Positions 4,853-6,201 of a DNA stretch of 6,201 nucleotides are shown one piece after another. A model generated the notes under the pieces. It did not search any database and was not told the DNA's origin. It saw only the letters and a list, made by a program, of their open reading frames with translations. The number at the start of each line of letters is the position of its first letter. The first letter of the stretch is position 1. This DNA comes from Candidatus Nanopusillus sp. (lineage in GTDB: Archaea > Nanobdellota > Nanobdellia > Nanobdellales > Nanobdellaceae), in assembly GCA_036845085.1 (NCBI GenBank), contig DAIUEN010000031.1, positions 1 to 6,201 on the forward strand, in the 5' to 3' direction. The position numbers and the translations under genes are program-made.

Positions 4853-5582
4853 TTTTTCTTAATAAAACTAGGAATTCTGTATGAACAAGTTCTACGTTTC
4901 TAGGTCTTAATACATTACTTTTTTTATAAATCCATTTCCTTGTGATGTTTTCATATACTCCTAAAAATAGAAACTTATCATTATTATCTAAAAGTTTTAA
5001 AACTGAGGTAATATTTGGCAAAAATGATACAAAAAATCCTCCAAATTTTAAAGATTTATATGCATGATCGATCAAATTCCAAGGTTCTGGAATATCAGAT
5101 ATTACTACATCTATATCTTTTTCATCTAATCCTTCATAAGCATTTTTTAATTTTAATTCTACATAATCTATTAGATTTAACTTTTCTAAATTCTTTTTAG
5201 CTATCTCATAAAAATCTTCTCTTATTTCATAAGAATACACTTTTCCAAAAGGTTTAACTATATTTGCTAAAAAAGCAGTAAGAAATCCAGATCCAGTACC
5301 TATTTCTATAATATTTGACCCGCTTCCTATACCTGTTAAAGATATTAACATCCCAATGTCTTTGTAGTTTATAGTTTGAGTTTTTCTTATAATTTTTTCA
5401 ATTTTATCAATAAATGTGTCATTTAAAACTAAAAATTCTTCTCCTATATGTGATATTATTATATCTCCTGGTTTTGATTTTATTAAATCATCTTTTTTTA
5501 AGATGCCAAAGTTCGTGTGGAAATCTTTGTTTACTTCTTCTATATAAAATTTTTTTCCACTTTTTTTGTGTATTAATATCAT
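4848..5582 (-). CDS. trmI: tRNA (adenine-N1)-methyltransferase TrmI (m1A57/58; Gcd14/TrmI family)
   Basis: The 244-aa protein has:
- An N-terminal small beta domain.
- RKTQTINYKDIGMLI, matching the R-x-TQ-I-x-Y-P-KD block.
- SAM motif I, IIEIGTGSGFLTAFLA (91-106).
- VYSYEIREDF.
- DVVISDIPEPW (158-168), matching D-x-V-x-L-D-L-P-x-PW.
- C-terminal HTEFLVLLRK, matching HTGFL...RK. Confidence 0.9.
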   Translation of the reverse strand: MILIHKKSGKKFYIEEVNKDFHTNFGILKKDDLIKSKPGDIIISHIGEEFLVLNDTFIDKIEKIIRKTQTINYKDIGMLISLTGIGSGSNIIEIGTGSGFLTAFLANIVKPFGKVYSYEIREDFYEIAKKNLEKLNLIDYVELKLKNAYEGLDEKDIDVVISDIPEPWNLIDHAYKSLKFGGFFVSFLPNITSVLKLLDNNDKFLFLGVYENITRKWIYKKSNVLRPRNVELVHTEFLVLLRKI

Positions 5583-6187
5583 ACTAATGTAATAAATACT
5601 TTTAAGCCAGATAATATAAAGTCTATACCTATAGCTAATAATAATAATGCCATTAGCTTATTTATTATTAATATATTCTTTTTTCCTAATTTTTCTAAGA
5701 TAATTTCACCATAATATACTATAATATAAGATACAAGAAATGCTAAAGAAAATGTTATAAACAATAATATTAGATCATAATAATACGTTTTATATACTAT
5801 TGTAGTTGTCATAACTCCAGGACCTGTTAATAAAGGGGTAGCCAATGGAGTTATAGCAATACTTTCGGCATTTTTATTATCTTTAATATCTAAATAAGAA
5901 GGAGATTCTTTTGTAAGCATTTCAAATGCAATATATGATAAAAATACACCACCGGCTATTCTAAAATCTACAATAGATATACCAAAAATATACAATATAG
6001 ATTCTCCGAATATAAATACAAAAAACCATATTATATATGCAATAATATATGCTTTTCTTATTATTCTTTTCTTATGAAAATTACTTATGTTTAAATTTTC
6101 TAAAATTGAATAAAATAAAAATATGTTAGAAAAAGTTCCTAATATCATTAACATTACTATAAAAGGACCTAAATAACTTTCTATCAT
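5579..6187 (-). CDS. MarC-family (UPF0056) integral membrane protein
   Basis: The 202-aa polytopic membrane protein contains FRIAGGVFLSYIAFEML (75-91) and AITPLATPLLTGPGVMTT (111-128), the two hallmark MarC/UPF0056 blocks. Its stop overlaps the trmI start (ATGA on the minus strand, 5579-5582). Confidence 0.85.
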   Translation of the reverse strand: MIESYLGPFIVMLMILGTFSNIFLFYSILENLNISNFHKKRIIRKAYIIAYIIWFFVFIFGESILYIFGISIVDFRIAGGVFLSYIAFEMLTKESPSYLDIKDNKNAESIAITPLATPLLTGPGVMTTTIVYKTYYYDLILLFITFSLAFLVSYIIVYYGEIILEKLGKKNILIINKLMALLLLAIGIDFILSGLKVFITLV

Positions 6188-6201
6188 AGAGACTATTATA
6201 A

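Noticed and set aside
5015-5200. A 61-aa ORF on the plus strand, from the supplied track.
   Set aside because: It lies entirely antisense inside the well-supported trmI gene. Its Leu/His/Ile-rich composition is typical of a spurious antisense frame, and no motif is present.
4848-5582. Co-location of TrmI (m1A57/58 methyltransferase) with a tRNA whose T-loop (TTCGAAT, G57 A58) is a potential substrate.
   Set aside because: TrmI acts on most tRNAs. The two genes are 4.6 kb apart in different transcription units, so the proximity is most likely coincidental.
1-6201. CRISPR arrays, insertion sequences, toxin-antitoxin pairs, restriction-modification or other defence systems, inteins and split genes.
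   Set aside because: No spaced direct repeats, terminal inverted repeats, or transposase, integrase or nuclease-ATPase signatures were seen. Every ORF over 100 aa has a plausible housekeeping or membrane-protein assignment and appears full length.

Overview
This is a very AT-rich, tightly packed archaeal chromosomal segment; spot counts of single 60-nt lines gave roughly 18-28% G+C. It holds one partial and eight complete protein genes plus one tRNA. Non-coding DNA is limited to gaps of 21, 61, 24 and 25 nt, plus 14 nt at the window edge.

Layout:
- Plus strand: the C-terminal end of an RCC1-repeat protein (1-102), then a chain of four overlapping genes (258-2494): a polytopic membrane protein, archaeal MBF1, a DedA/VTT-like membrane protein and a DUF99/UPF0215 protein. 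secD follows at 2519-3994.
- Minus strand: tRNA-Ile(GAU) at 124-196, and a MarC-family / trmI / endonuclease IV-like gene string (6187 down to 3989).

The archaeal call rests on the Zn-ribbon MBF1, DUF99, TrmI and the archaeal-style SecD. The tRNA is about 70% G+C with almost entirely G-C stems, in a genome near 25% G+C with overlapping genes. That suggests a thermophile with a reduced genome, possibly Nanoarchaeota/DPANN-like. This is inference only and the organism cannot be named from the sequence.

I see no mobile element, CRISPR array, recognisable defence system or additional structured RNA, and no clearly novel multi-gene system. The content is mostly housekeeping.

Things worth a second look:
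1. Back-to-back TATA boxes in the 61-bp tRNA/ORF spacer, whose spacing predicts a leaderless tRNA and a leaderless mRNA.
2. MBF1 translationally coupled to two membrane proteins and an endonuclease-V-like DUF99 protein.
3. A 6-bp tail-to-tail overlap of convergent genes.
4. An RCC1-repeat gene abutting the tRNA 3' end.
5. Short spacers whose TATA-like elements swallow the upstream stop codon.
6. secD with no adjacent secF.
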